Source: Mytilus trossulus
Taxonomy: Eukaryota
Reading direction: 5' to 3'
Length of the DNA stretch: 64,000 nt
Assembly (NCBI RefSeq): GCF_036588685.1
Contig: NC_086376.1
Span: forward strand, 61,566,001 to 61,630,000
The notes below the pieces were generated by a model. The model was given only the letters and a program-made list of their open reading frames with translations. It ran no database searches and had not been told where the DNA came from. Below are positions 25,841 to 37,797 of the stretch, in pieces; within the stretch, counting starts at the first letter, position 1, and the number at the start of each line of letters is the position of its first letter. A program made the translations under genes and the position numbers.

Positions 25841-27328
25841 ATGACACCAATAGTATTGATTTCTTTTGTCCTTTTCGGACTCGTTGCATCGGAGGCCGGT
25901 GAAAAAGGATACAGTCCCAAACATAACCTGAAAACATATGGAAATCCATTCGGACCAGGTAATATTGGTAGCAATGGATTTCAAGGAAATGGTGGATTTG
26001 GATATCCATCTTATGGTAGATTAGGATACGGATACGGGGGATATTCCAACAATGCTTATGGTTACGGTTCACCATTAAACATTGGCGGATATGCTGGATA
26101 CAATGGATATAGTATTCAAAGTGGATATCCTGGATACGGGTATTTACATGGCAGAGGATTGAATGGATTCAGTGGTAATGGAAATTACGGTGTTTACGGT
26201 AAAAATATCGGACCTTTCAATGGTAATGGATTCGGTACAGGACTTGGAGGATATAACAATTTGAATGGTTATGGAGCATATGGTTTGAACGGGGCATACG
26301 GTGCTAACAATTACCGAACATATGGTATTGGTGGTTTGAATGGTTTTGGTTCATACGGTGGTTTGAATGGTTTTGGATCATATGGTGGTTTGAATGGCCT
26401 TGCATCAAATGGTATTGGTGGTATTGGTAGTTTAAATGGTTTTGGATCATCTGATTTTGGTGGTTTGAATGGTTATGGATCTTATGGCATTGGTGGCTTA
26501 AATGGTTTTAGATCATACGGTATTGGTGGTATGAATGGTAATGATATTGGTGTCAATGGTGGACTACTAAATGGAAGACGAGGTCTAAGTGGATTGAGCA
26601 GTTTTGGTAAATTTGGAGGTAAGTAATCCTACATCATTAAAAAGAAGAAAAAGTTGTTATTCAAATGTGAAATTTCATAATAATGATACAAATACAACTT
26701 ATAATTTGAGAGGGTTTAAAAAAAATGACCTTAGTTCGTCACGTTGATTAATTTAGATTTATGTTCCGACAAACGAATATGAGTAAAAGTAAAACGTTAA
26801 ACAATAATGCCGCATGATGAATGACTTGGATAATTATCTAAGATTGGGTGGTAAATGGTAAATATTTTGTAACAATATTACATTGATTGCTCATACTTTA
26901 CTCTATGGAGACTTTATCGACATTTCTACATTAAATTTCAGCATAGTAAGGTGTAAACAAATGCACATTGATTTGAAAGACTTGAAAAATTTGAAATTAG
27001 CTTTGACATTGTATGGGACAAGTCGTTTTCCATAAACCCTGTTCATTCTTTTCGTTTGATTTCTAAGTTATTTAGATTAATTTGAAACCAATTATTTAAA
27101 TCAAACATGAAAAGCTGAAGGAAAAGAAGGAGATGTATGGAAGAATAAGAAAAGATAAGAACGACCGTAGATGACATAAAACTGAAAGTATGAGCATTTT
27201 TAGCGGAATGTACATTTAACAATATCTTTTGAGAATATGAACTGTAATCTTCCTTTAGTAATGCAATGCAATCACCTTATTATTTGAACATTGTTTTCAT
27301 CATTGCAGGTAAAAAAGGAACATATTAG
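25841..27328 (+). CDS. Secreted Gly/Asn/Tyr-rich structural protein, copy 3; join(25841..26618,27309..27328), 265 aa
   Basis: Acceptor ends 25829; signal peptide; donor GTAAGT at 26619; exon 3 gives GKKGTY-TAG. Confidence 0.9.
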
Positions 27329-29831
27329 GATCCAAGAAGTCCATGATAAATTGATGTCAATGTTTTACAGTTTTTTTTATAATGGTTGATGTATATTAAA
27401 ATAAATTTTAATCTCTTTCTTCTTAATTTTTCATGCACGTTTTGTTTCCTATAGTACCATTTAATGGAAATATAGAGAAGCAATTCAATTGAAAACAATA
27501 TGTGAACGAATTATTGCGACCAAAAAGGTAAAATGAGAAACAAAAGCCAACAAAACATTTTCGAGAAAATACACCTTGCTTATCACATGGAAATGAAATA
27601 ACAATTATTGGCGAGGTTTTCCTTATTTCACAGGAGCCTGACTTTATACAGAAACGTCTGATGAAGAAGAACAGATGTTGGCAGTATCCATTAACTTTTC
27701 ATTTTGCTATATAAATGATTTTCTCTTGCTGAATAATACAATTTTTGGTGACAAAGCTGAAAGCATCTTTCCTATTAAACTGGAGACGAGATACAATTAA
27801 GTCTGTATCTTATCTTGACGTTCACATTTATACACAAGTTGGATAAAGCAGTTTTGCTGCATGGCCATGTAGAGTCATTATGACTAACATAATATCACAT
27901 CATAATTTTGGCAGTCGTTTTATTTTTATTGCATGTAAATATAAATATGGCTCTTCAAAACTTAAATGTAAAAGGTAATGCTTTTTGCACACTGATTGTG
28001 ACGTTGAACACTAAATCAGATGGAAGGTTTCTGATTGATATATAGATAAAGGCAACAGTAGTATACCTCCGATTAAAAGTCATAAACAGATTGAGAGAAA
28101 ACAAACCCATTTCACGAAGTACAACATCAAGTGTAAGAATAAAACAACGAAACAATAGTTAACTGACTTGGTTCAGGACATTTTTAAGAAACAATTTAAG
28201 TCTGACAACCATGGTTAGTTATAAGTTGAAATCATATTGAACTTGCTTTCTGCTTTTGCGAAACACCTCTGTGTTGCTCAATCCAGATAGACTTTTTATT
28301 TTTGTTTCATTATTCGGTGATGTCGAAGAAAAGAGAACGGCAACGAATGATTTGCAAATAAAAACTTCGTTCATTCTGAGACAACAACTGCAAATAAAAA
28401 AATATTGCAATATTTGTAGATTAAACAAAAGTGAAAGAAAATTATTGGTATTTTTGAAAAATTTCTACTTAGAAAAATGTGTCAGATGTAGGAATACACC
28501 TAGTCGCACCATTCACATTTATAAAAACCCTGCAATAATTTCTGAACTCTATTATAAAAAAAAACCCAAACAAAACAGAACATAATATTTTACACGTCAC
28601 TAGAAAAGATTGGTCAACTTGAAAATCAACAAAAAGATGAAAACAAAACACTAAAACCATGGTATTGCACTTAGATCTACGACGGAGAGGTTTCGTTATG
28701 ATATACCATGTTTAATGTCTATATAATAAACCAAGTTGTAATGTCAATAGTTCAAATCTACTAGAATAGTTGAAAACAAATTACAAAATGAGAAGAGACT
28801 CATGAAATCGAAAATTGATGAAGACCAGGTGCCTCGACAAGGTTATGTTATTTGCAATATTATTAGACCTACACTATCCATTACATCCTCTTATTTTGAG
28901 ATTAGTTGGAATGGCGCGATATATTCTAGATTTATATAGGTAGATGATATTGTTTTTTATCATTTCGATGGTCGTAAGGTGACCTGGATCTGCTTACGTC
29001 AATGTCATATGGGGTTGTCTTATTGACAATTATACCATATCTTCTTGTTTTCATTATAAATTATTCAAAGAGAAAACAATAGTATACAACATGACCTAAA
29101 ATTTAAGGATAAATCTATGTTATTGAAATTCATCTTGAAAAGCACATCTCTGAATTTTACCTTGTTTTAATGAAAGAATAAAAATACTAGAAGAAAATCA
29201 AAAGCACATTTGGTTTCCATAAGAATGAACACTGGTTTAAAAACACGACTACCACAGGTATCAAAAATGGTTTTCATGAGACTCCGTAAATTAGACTTGC
29301 CGGGTTTGAACCATATTCACAAAACCACGGGTGCCACATGTGAAGCAGAATCTGTTTATCATCCCGAGGCAAATGAGAACAACCCCGGTGTTTGGTAGGG
29401 TTCGTGTGGTTTAGTCTTTAGTTATCTTTGTTTGTATTTTATGTAGCATTGTTTGTCTGTTTGTCTTAGATCATCCCAATATTTTAGGGGGAGGGGGGGG
29501 GTCGTGTTGCTTAGTCATTGGGTGTTTATGTTGTGTGTTATGTTCTATTGTTTGTTTATTTGCTTTTAGGGCAACATCATGCATTTGTTGATCTTTATAA
29601 TGATTGCTGAAATTAATTAACGACACTTTTACCACGTCTGCTTAGATTGTGGTTTGAAATCTATGTCTTCTTCTGCTAATTTCCGAACGTGACCTTTTTC
29701 CGAATAGTACTGTGTTGTGGCTTGTGAATTTGCATTGCTATACGACATGTTTCGGTATTTATTCACCCAACATTCAGGTATCTAGTTATAAAAGAGGGAC
29801 GATCAAACTCATAAATCCAAAATAAACTGAC

Positions 29832-30039
29832 GTTTTGTTTATATTGATTAGACCGTTGGTTTTCCCGTTTGAATGGTTTTACACTAGTAATTTTGGGGCC
29901 CTTTATAGCTTATTGTTCGGTATGAGCCAAGGCTCCGTGTTGAAGGCCGTCCTTTAACCTATAATGGTTTACTTTTTAAATTGTTATTTGGATGGAGAGT
30001 TGTCTCATTGGCACTCACACCACATCTTCCTATATCTAT
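29832..30039 (+). mobile_element. 208 bp 5'-truncated retroelement tail with TGAC target duplication, nested in an older retroelement 3' end
   Basis: TGAC at 29828-29831 and 30040-30043. The empty site AAACTGACAATGCC is at ~21575 and ~8806. The 3' end CACCACATCTTCCTATATCTAT matches the reverse complement of the 13175-13237 insert. Confidence 0.75.
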
Positions 30040-30359
30040 TGACAATACCATGGCTAAAAATGAAAAAAGAAAAAAAAAGACAAACAATAGTTCACATTAC
30101 ACAACAAAGAAAACTAAAGAATAAGCAACCCAACCGCACCAAAAACTAGGGGTGATCTCAGGTGCTCCGGAAGGGTAAGCAGATCCTGCTCCGCATGTGG
30201 CACCCGTCGTGTTGCTCATGTATTAACAAATCCGATAAATAGTCTAATTTGGTAGGTCACATTCATTATAATCTTTCTGTTGTGGGTTCGGTTAGATATT
30301 GTGTTATGCCTTATCGTTTGGGGTTTGAATTCTGTATTTTCGGTACATTTCACATATGT

Positions 30360-30406
30360 ACTTGCATGGTTTTATGAGAATAAACTATCTATCTATCTAT
30401 CTATCT
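30360..30406 (+). repeat. ~47 bp insertion ending AATAAA-(CTAT)5, possibly an extreme 3' tail of a LINE
   Basis: Absent from paralogous positions ~9132 and ~21893; polyA signal followed by a tetranucleotide microsatellite. Confidence 0.45.
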
Positions 30407-30474
30407 AATATGTCAGTAGAGTATGAGTCGAGTTAACTTTCATTTTCTGAAAATGAACAGTGCAGATTCTGAAA

Positions 30475-30910
30475 ATATAAAAAAGAAGATGTGGTCTGAT
30501 TGCCAATGAGACAACTATCCACAAAAGACCAAAATGACACAGACATTAACAACTATAGGTCACCGTACGGCCTTCAACAATGAACAAAGCCCATACCGCA
30601 TAAAAGGCCCCGATAAGACAACGTAAAACAATTCTAACGAGAAAACTAACGGCCTTATTTATGTAAAAAAAAATGAACGAAAAAACAAATATGTAACACA
30701 TAAACAAACGACAACCTCTGAATTTACAGGCTCCTGACTTGGGACAGGCACATACATAAATAATATGGCGGGGTTAAACATGTTAGCGGGATTCCAACTA
30801 TCCCCCTAACCTGGGACAGTGGTATAACAGTACAACATAAGAACGAACTATAAAAATCAGTTGAAAAAGGCTTAACTCATCAGATGGACAAAAATACAGG
30901 TGGACGTGGA
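30475..30910 (-). mobile_element. Duplicated copy of the 21965-22410 retroelement insertion
   Basis: Same junctions (GATTCTGAAA|ATATAAAAAAGAAGATG ... GGACGTGG|AAAAGCC). Confidence 0.75.
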
Positions 30911-31347
30911 AAAGCCTTGTTGAAATCACAGTCAAATTGAGATATAATGCTAACTTTACATTCATTTTGTTAATCTCTACTCCCTTTCTCATTTCAATAA
31001 AAGAACTAAACAGAAATAAGAGAAGCACACCATATTTTTATGGAAATGACCACTGCGCATTGGAAAAAACTCTGAAATGGCTAAAATAAACAGATCAATT
31101 ATCTTGATAATTTCTGTTTCAACACAGTATGTGTCCTCGTTATTTTTTACACACATAAAAAGTAAGATCACAAAATAATGCACTTTAAGAAAAATTCGAA
31201 ACGCAAAATCCCTAGTCAAATGGCAAAACTTAATCTTCAATTTTGAATATATTCAATGTATTAATTTTGACCTTCATTTTCTCCAAGAAAAAATGCATAT
31301 TTTTATACCCCAATAGCTAAACACGTACAGAAAATATGTTGAATATA

Positions 31348-31582
31348 CACAGGCAATTTGCTCACATGAATTTCATATGAATCTAACATGAAATTCATAT
31401 GAAAATTTCACTTGATATTCACCTCAAACGAGCTTATACATGAAACTTACGTGAAAATGTTCATGTGAATTTCACGTGAATTGAGATTTACGTAAATCTG
31501 ATGTGAATTTTTACATGAATTTCAAGTGAAATCAAGTTAATTTAAATTTACGTGAAAGCGATGTGAGTGAAATTTGCCTGTG
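31348..31582. mobile_element. TA-flanked MITE filled with palindromic TTCAC(A/G)TGAA repeats
   Basis: TA-CACAGGCAATTTG...AAATTTGCCTGTG-TA. Partial remnants lie at 9620-9810 (left part) and 22818-22838 (right TIR only). Confidence 0.7.
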
Positions 31583-34500
31583 TATGTTTAATTTCAATTT
31601 TTAATCCGAATACCATACACTCACCTAAAAAGAAAAAAAACAGAACTCAAAACAATCATCACCAAAATTCAAAATAGAACCCTCAAAACCCGAATCCGAT
31701 CCCTCAATTTAAGTTATTCCTATCCTATCTTCAATATTATGATGCAACATCATGACTTCAGAAATCGTCACACGGAATAAATATTGTTCCAATGTTTTTG
31801 CGAGCTATAAACAATTAAAGTTAGCAATGACAAAATTCTGTAACGCTATGACCTATATACTGTTATTACAAACAGCAATTTTTGATATTTATTAGAAATA
31901 CATAAAGCAATAAACGACCATTGCAATAAATGATTTGTGTTTTCAAGGTTAACCACAGCGAATATAATGTTGTAATAAATTATTTATTTGTACTTTTTTT
32001 AAACAACAAAAAGTGTTATCTACTATTATATTAGTGGTTTATAAAATATTCTCAATTTCGGAGATTATGTTAAAAAAAGACACAAAGCAACGAAGAACCT
32101 TTGCAATAGACAATTTGTGTCTTCAAGGTTAACCACAATGAAGGAAATATTGTTATTAATGACATGTTTTTACATAAACAAAAAAAGTGTTCTTCATTAC
32201 TATATTTGCGGTTTATATGAAACATTTTCAATTTTTGCTGTTTTGTGATTTTCAAATATATGACATTTCTACAGTATGGGTTAGAGTGTCAAATTATTTT
32301 ATGTTATTGAATAGTAAATATAAATATATTGTATTTTAAACAGTTTAAGTTCAGAGATGGCTCTTGAAAATAAAATAAAATACTCAGCATAAAGAACATG
32401 AATATTATTAAACAAGTTCAACAAATAACAGAGACAAGGATAGCTTCGAGCTCGAATGTACGTCTGACAGCTAATGACCAAATTTTCATTATCTTTTGTT
32501 GTGAGACCAATAACCAAATCCGATTTTGTTTTTGAAGTATTATATTTGGCTTCAAATTCAAATTCCAAAATACCATCATTTGAAAAGAGTTTCTCTGCCG
32601 TCGGGGGGGGGGGGGGATTTTCGTTAACTATGTTATAACCCCCACCCTCAAATTTTTACGTTTTGTGCAAGATAAACAAAATGAAATTAAACATACCATA
32701 TTTCAGCTTTTTGCTTTTTCCATTTTTATGTAGCAACATTCTAACCTATGGAATTTATAATTTTTAGCTGATACTATACAAAAAAAAACCGAGCCTGAAG
32801 ATAAATTGAAAAAGGTGAGAAATCTATGAAAAACTAACACATTTAACGTTATCAACCAGCGAATAAATGTTATTGTATATGACTATAGGTAGGCATGTTC
32901 CAAAGAAAATAGTAAGTTGATTAAACAGTGTGCTAACGATAACTAAACTTCCGAAATATATAAAATTTGTTATAATTACGTAAATATTGGATGAGCAACC
33001 GAAAGAGCATAAAGCGTTTATGAGAAAGAACGATTTGTAGTTAATCGTTTTGTGATTTTTTTAAAATTCGGCGGTGTCGATCGCGATAACAAGTGAACAG
33101 GAAATGGAAATAAAATGCAAGAAAAAAACCTTAAAACGACAATTCGAAGAAAGACAGTTGAACTACTGTAAATTCAGAAATTATTGCGTGTATGTTATAT
33201 TGCAATCTTTGAAGATATGACAAAAATTGTGAATAAACATTTCTATCTCTAAGTTGAACTCCGACAGTCTCTAATCAAATGGCAGAATCAAAAGCTCAAA
33301 CACATTGATAATAACTGTCAACATTGTAGAAAAGGTTGTCATGTAGAAAACAATGGAAAGCAAATTTGTAATGAAAAATAAATGTTTTTTTTTTTTTATG
33401 AAAATCTTATACCCGCGAGTCTCCTTAAACAACAACAAAGTGTTATCCACTATTATATTAACAATTTATGAAACATTCTCAATTTCTGATGATATATGTT
33501 AAAAAAAAGGACACAAAGCAACCATTGCAATAGACTATTTGTGTTTTCAAGGTTAACCGCAATGAATGAAATATGGTAATTAATGATATATTTTTACTTA
33601 AACCAAAAAAAAAGGGTTCTCCATTACTATATTTGCGGTTGATGAAACATTCTCAATTTTTGCTGTTTTGTGATTTTCGAATATATGACATTTCTACAGT
33701 ATTGGTTAGAAGTGTCAAATTATTTTATGTTATTTAAAAATAGTAAATATAAAAATATTGTATTTTATACATTTTTAGATCAGAGATGGCTTGTGAAAAT
33801 AAAATATATAATTTTGACAAAAATATACCTAGCATAAAGAACATGATACTATATAAAAAAAAACCACGACGAGCCTAAAGATAAATTAAAAAAGGGGAGA
33901 CAGCTATGAAAACTAACAAAATTTAACGTTATCAACCAACGGGTAAATGTTATATTCATTATTTGGTAATGCATGTCCCGAAGAAAATGGTTTGTCAAAC
34001 CGTGTCCTATTGGTATATTAGCCTCCGAATTATATAACAGTTGTTAGAGTTCCGTAAAAAATTGAATGAGCTACCGAAGTAGACACAATGCCTTTATGAG
34101 ACACGAAAAAACATACCCCTAGTTTTTGGTGGGGTTCTCGACTCTCAGTTTTTAGTTTTTTATGTTATCTATCACGTACTTTTATTTGTCTGTTTTGTTT
34201 TTATCATTTTTAACCATGGCGTTGTCGGTTTGTTTTCAATTTATGAGTTTGACGGTTCCACTAGTATCTTTTCGCCTTTCTTGTATAAACGTACTACACA
34301 GGTATACATTTGACTAACGTTTTGTAAGAGTTTGCCATTACCATGAACGATACAGCAGGTGATATGTTTGGAGCAGGATATGCAGGACCTTCAAGAGAAC
34401 ATTGAATCATCCCAGATTTTGCATGGTTTCATGTCATTCGGTTTTTAGTATTTCTACACATTGTTATGTAGACCATTGTTGTTATATTTTGTCATACTTT

Positions 34501-34991
34501 TTAAAGATTTCTGCGAAGAGAAAAGAAAAGAAAGTGTAGAATAGAATAAAAAGTTTCAAAAAGAAATGAAACCTTACGAGAAAATGTTTGTACATCTACA
34601 TGATTCAATTCGGTAGATGTAGGATATCAATAGATTAACACATGCAATTTGTCTGAAAGATTTACACCTTTAAGCTTATTTATTGTCCATACATTTCCAA
34701 AAGAATTGAATAATAATTCAACTTCTTAAAAAATATGAAAATAAATGCAAGAAGTAAAGTAACAAAATTTATTTACGAACTCCAAGGGAAATTTAAAACA
34801 AAAATTCCCAGCAAATTGCAAAATCAAAAGCTCAAACACATCAGAGATTTGATTCCGAGTCCGAGTTTGAATAGATCAATTGCAAATACAGTGTTAAAAA
34901 TGCAAAAAAATGAAACGACATTAAACGACACAATTGATTAGAAATACACAACTTGGATATCAATGAATGTGTACGAATACTTAAATAAAAT

Positions 34992-35284
34992 GGGAAATTT
35001 TCCTAATACTGAATAACACTTGCTTTATGAATTTCAAATATTACTAATAGGTGAAAGTCCCTAAACCACGATAACAAAGGGTAAAACAATAGTAACAAAT
35101 ACTTGATGAAAATATTTTTTATCATTGTGGTTAACCGTTTTTTTGTTTTTTTTGTTTGTTTATCATTGTTAAATGTTTATTTTATAACTGATTATAATAT
35201 AATGTGTGGTCAGTGAGTATATTATATAAGACGCAGTAAACAATACGTATCACAAGAAACACACCAGCATAGATTATTACAGAG
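34992..35284 (+). promoter_or_regulatory. Promoter and non-coding exon 1 of copy 4
   Basis: GGGAAATTTTCC 34992-35003; TTATCATTGTGGTTAACC ending 35136; TATATAAG 35223-35230; donor GTAAGT at 35285. Confidence 0.75.
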
Positions 35285-35510
35285 GTAAGTACTTGATTTG
35301 CATTAAAAGATATTCGTCTTTCTCTCACAAAAGATCATGTTAATCGTCATAATTCGTATATATATAACTCAATATTTTATTTGCAACTTTTATCTTTCAT
35401 TAATCTACTGAAGCATTTTCGGTGATCCGTTTTTTGCTTATGTTTCAAAAGTTTTATTATTATTATTTTATTTTGACAAATTATTGAAAATCGTTTCAGA
35501 ACCAGCAAAC

Positions 35511-37797
35511 ATGACACCAATAGTATTGATTTCTTTTGTCCTTTTCGGACTCGTTGCATCGGAGGCCGGTGAAAAAGGATACAGTCCCAAACATAACCTG
35601 AAAACATATGGAAATCCATTCGGACCAGGTTTTATTGATAGTTTGGGATACCAAGGATATGGTGGATTTGGATATCCAACTTATGGTAGATCAGGATACG
35701 GATACGGGGGATATTCCAACAACGCCTATGGTTACGGTTCACCATTAAACATTGGCGGATATGCTGGATACAATGGATATAGTATTCAAAGTGGATATCC
35801 TGGATACGGATATTTACATGGCAGAGGATTGAATGGATTCAGTGGTAATGGAAATTACGGTGTTTACGGTAAAAATATCGGACCTTTCAATGGTAATGGA
35901 TTCGGTCGAGGACTTGGAGGATATAACAATTTGAATGGTTATGGAGCATATGGTTTGAACGGGGCATACGGTGCTAACAATTACCGAACATATGGTATTG
36001 GTGGTTTGAATGGTTTTGGATCATATGGGGGTTTGAATGGTTTCGGATCATATGGTGGTTTGAATGGCCTTGCATCAAATGGCATTGGTGGTATTGGTAG
36101 TTTAAATGGTTTTGGATCATCTGGTTTTGATGGTTTGAATGATTATAGATCATATGGTATTGGTGGTTTAAATGGTATTGGATCATACGGTATTGGTGGT
36201 TTGAATGGTAATGGTATTGGTGTAAATGGTGGACTAATAAATGGAAGACGAGGTCTAAGTGGATTGAGCAGTTTTGGTAAATTTGGAGGTAAGTAATCCT
36301 ACATCTCCAAAAAGAAGAAAAAGTTGTTATTTGAATGTGAAATTTCATAATAATAATACAAATACAATTGCCAACTTATAACTTGAGAGGGTTTAATACA
36401 AAATGACCTTCGTTCGTCACGTGGATTGATTTAGATTAATGTTCCGACAAACGAATATGAGTAAAAGTAAAACGTTAAACAAATCATGATGAATGAATTG
36501 GATAATTATTTAAGATAGGATGGTATATGGTAAAATATTTTGTTACTATATTGAATTGATTGCTTATTCTTTACTCTATGGAGACTTTATGGAGATTCCT
36601 ACACTAAGACTTAAGCATAGCAAGGTATTAACAAATGAACCTTGATTTGGTAAGGACCGATTTTGGCCTCAAATTTCAGGTTCATCTGACGAAAGATTTT
36701 GACCACTTTTCAAACACTTAAGTGTCTATTTCATTTGAATCAATTAGATTATGTGAAAGATTTTAACTGATATTGTCATTAAAAACGACCCGATTCAAGC
36801 TCAAATATGAAAAATCTACCAAATATGTCGAAAAATGTCACTTTTCAGATGGTTTTCGTCAAAAATGAAAATGGCCGCATCTGTGTTCATCTTCAATCTT
36901 TATATATGTTATGTATTATCATAAAATACAACATACATTTTAATATTAAGGATGAACACGAATGCGGCCACTTTTGTTTCACACGAAAACCGTCTAAAAT
37001 TTAACAAAAATGTTAGAATTGTGAAGATTTCAGAAATTAAGCATGACTTAAGGTGGTACCCAACACCTTGACTAAAATTAGTTTGGCTCGTTTAATATTC
37101 ATAAAATTTTGAATAAATATTTACTTTGACCATCTGACAAAAATATAAAAATTTCAAAAAATTTGAACCAAGCATTTTATCAGAAAAATTACACTGGTTA
37201 TATAGCAGTTTGGGAAACAGTAATTTTGATAATTGAAAAGCTTTTTATTCCCTTACAACACAACGTCATTAAAACGTTTAGCTGATATTACAGAGTTATC
37301 TCCCTGTAGTGTTAGGTACCACCTTAATGGTGCTAGTACCTGATATATGTGCATTATTTTGTCAAAAACAGCCCATATTTATGTAACAGAAGCATTCTAC
37401 TGTACAATAAATAACTAAAAGTTTACATTTTTAAAACAATTTTGTAAAACCTCTCCTTTGAAATAAGCTTTGAAATTGTATGGGACAAGTCGTTTTTCAT
37501 AAACCTTGTGCATTCTTTTTGTTTAATTTGAAAGTTATTTAGATTTATTTGATACCAGTTATCTAAATCAAACATGAAAAACTGAAGGAAAAGTAGGAGA
37601 TGTACGGAAGAATAAGAAAAGATATGAACAACCGTAGAAGACATACAACTGAAAGTTTGAGCAGTTTTAGCGCAATGTACGTTTAACAAAATCTTTTTAA
37701 AATATGAACTGGGAAGTCTTCCTTTAATAATGCAATGCAGTCACCTTTTCATTTCAACATTATTTTCATCATTGCAGGTAAAAAAGGAACATATTAG
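35511..37797 (+). CDS. Secreted Gly/Asn/Tyr-rich structural protein, copy 4; join(35511..36288,37778..37797), 265 aa
   Basis: Acceptor ends 35499; signal peptide; donor GTAAGT at 36289; exon 3 gives GKKGTY-TAG. Intron 2 is enlarged by a TE insertion. Confidence 0.9.
36650..37458. mobile_element. ~0.8 kb DNA-transposon-like insertion in intron 2 of copy 4
   Basis: Absent from intron 2 of copies 1-3, between CTTGATTTG and GAAATAAGCTTTG. It hosts a nested MITE. Confidence 0.6.
37052..37323. mobile_element. 272 bp MITE with TTAA target duplication (Kolobok-like)
   Basis: TTAA-GGTGGTACCCAACAC ... GTGTTAGGTACCACC-TTAA. Confidence 0.85.

Noticed and set aside
35974-36348. His/Gln/Asn-rich antisense ORFs (also 14068-14280, 5096-5359, 13546-13860, 25740-26075, 45603-45863, 52664-52927)
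   Set aside because: By-products of GGT/AAT/TAT codon repeats on the opposite strand. Lengths and starts are not conserved between paralogues.
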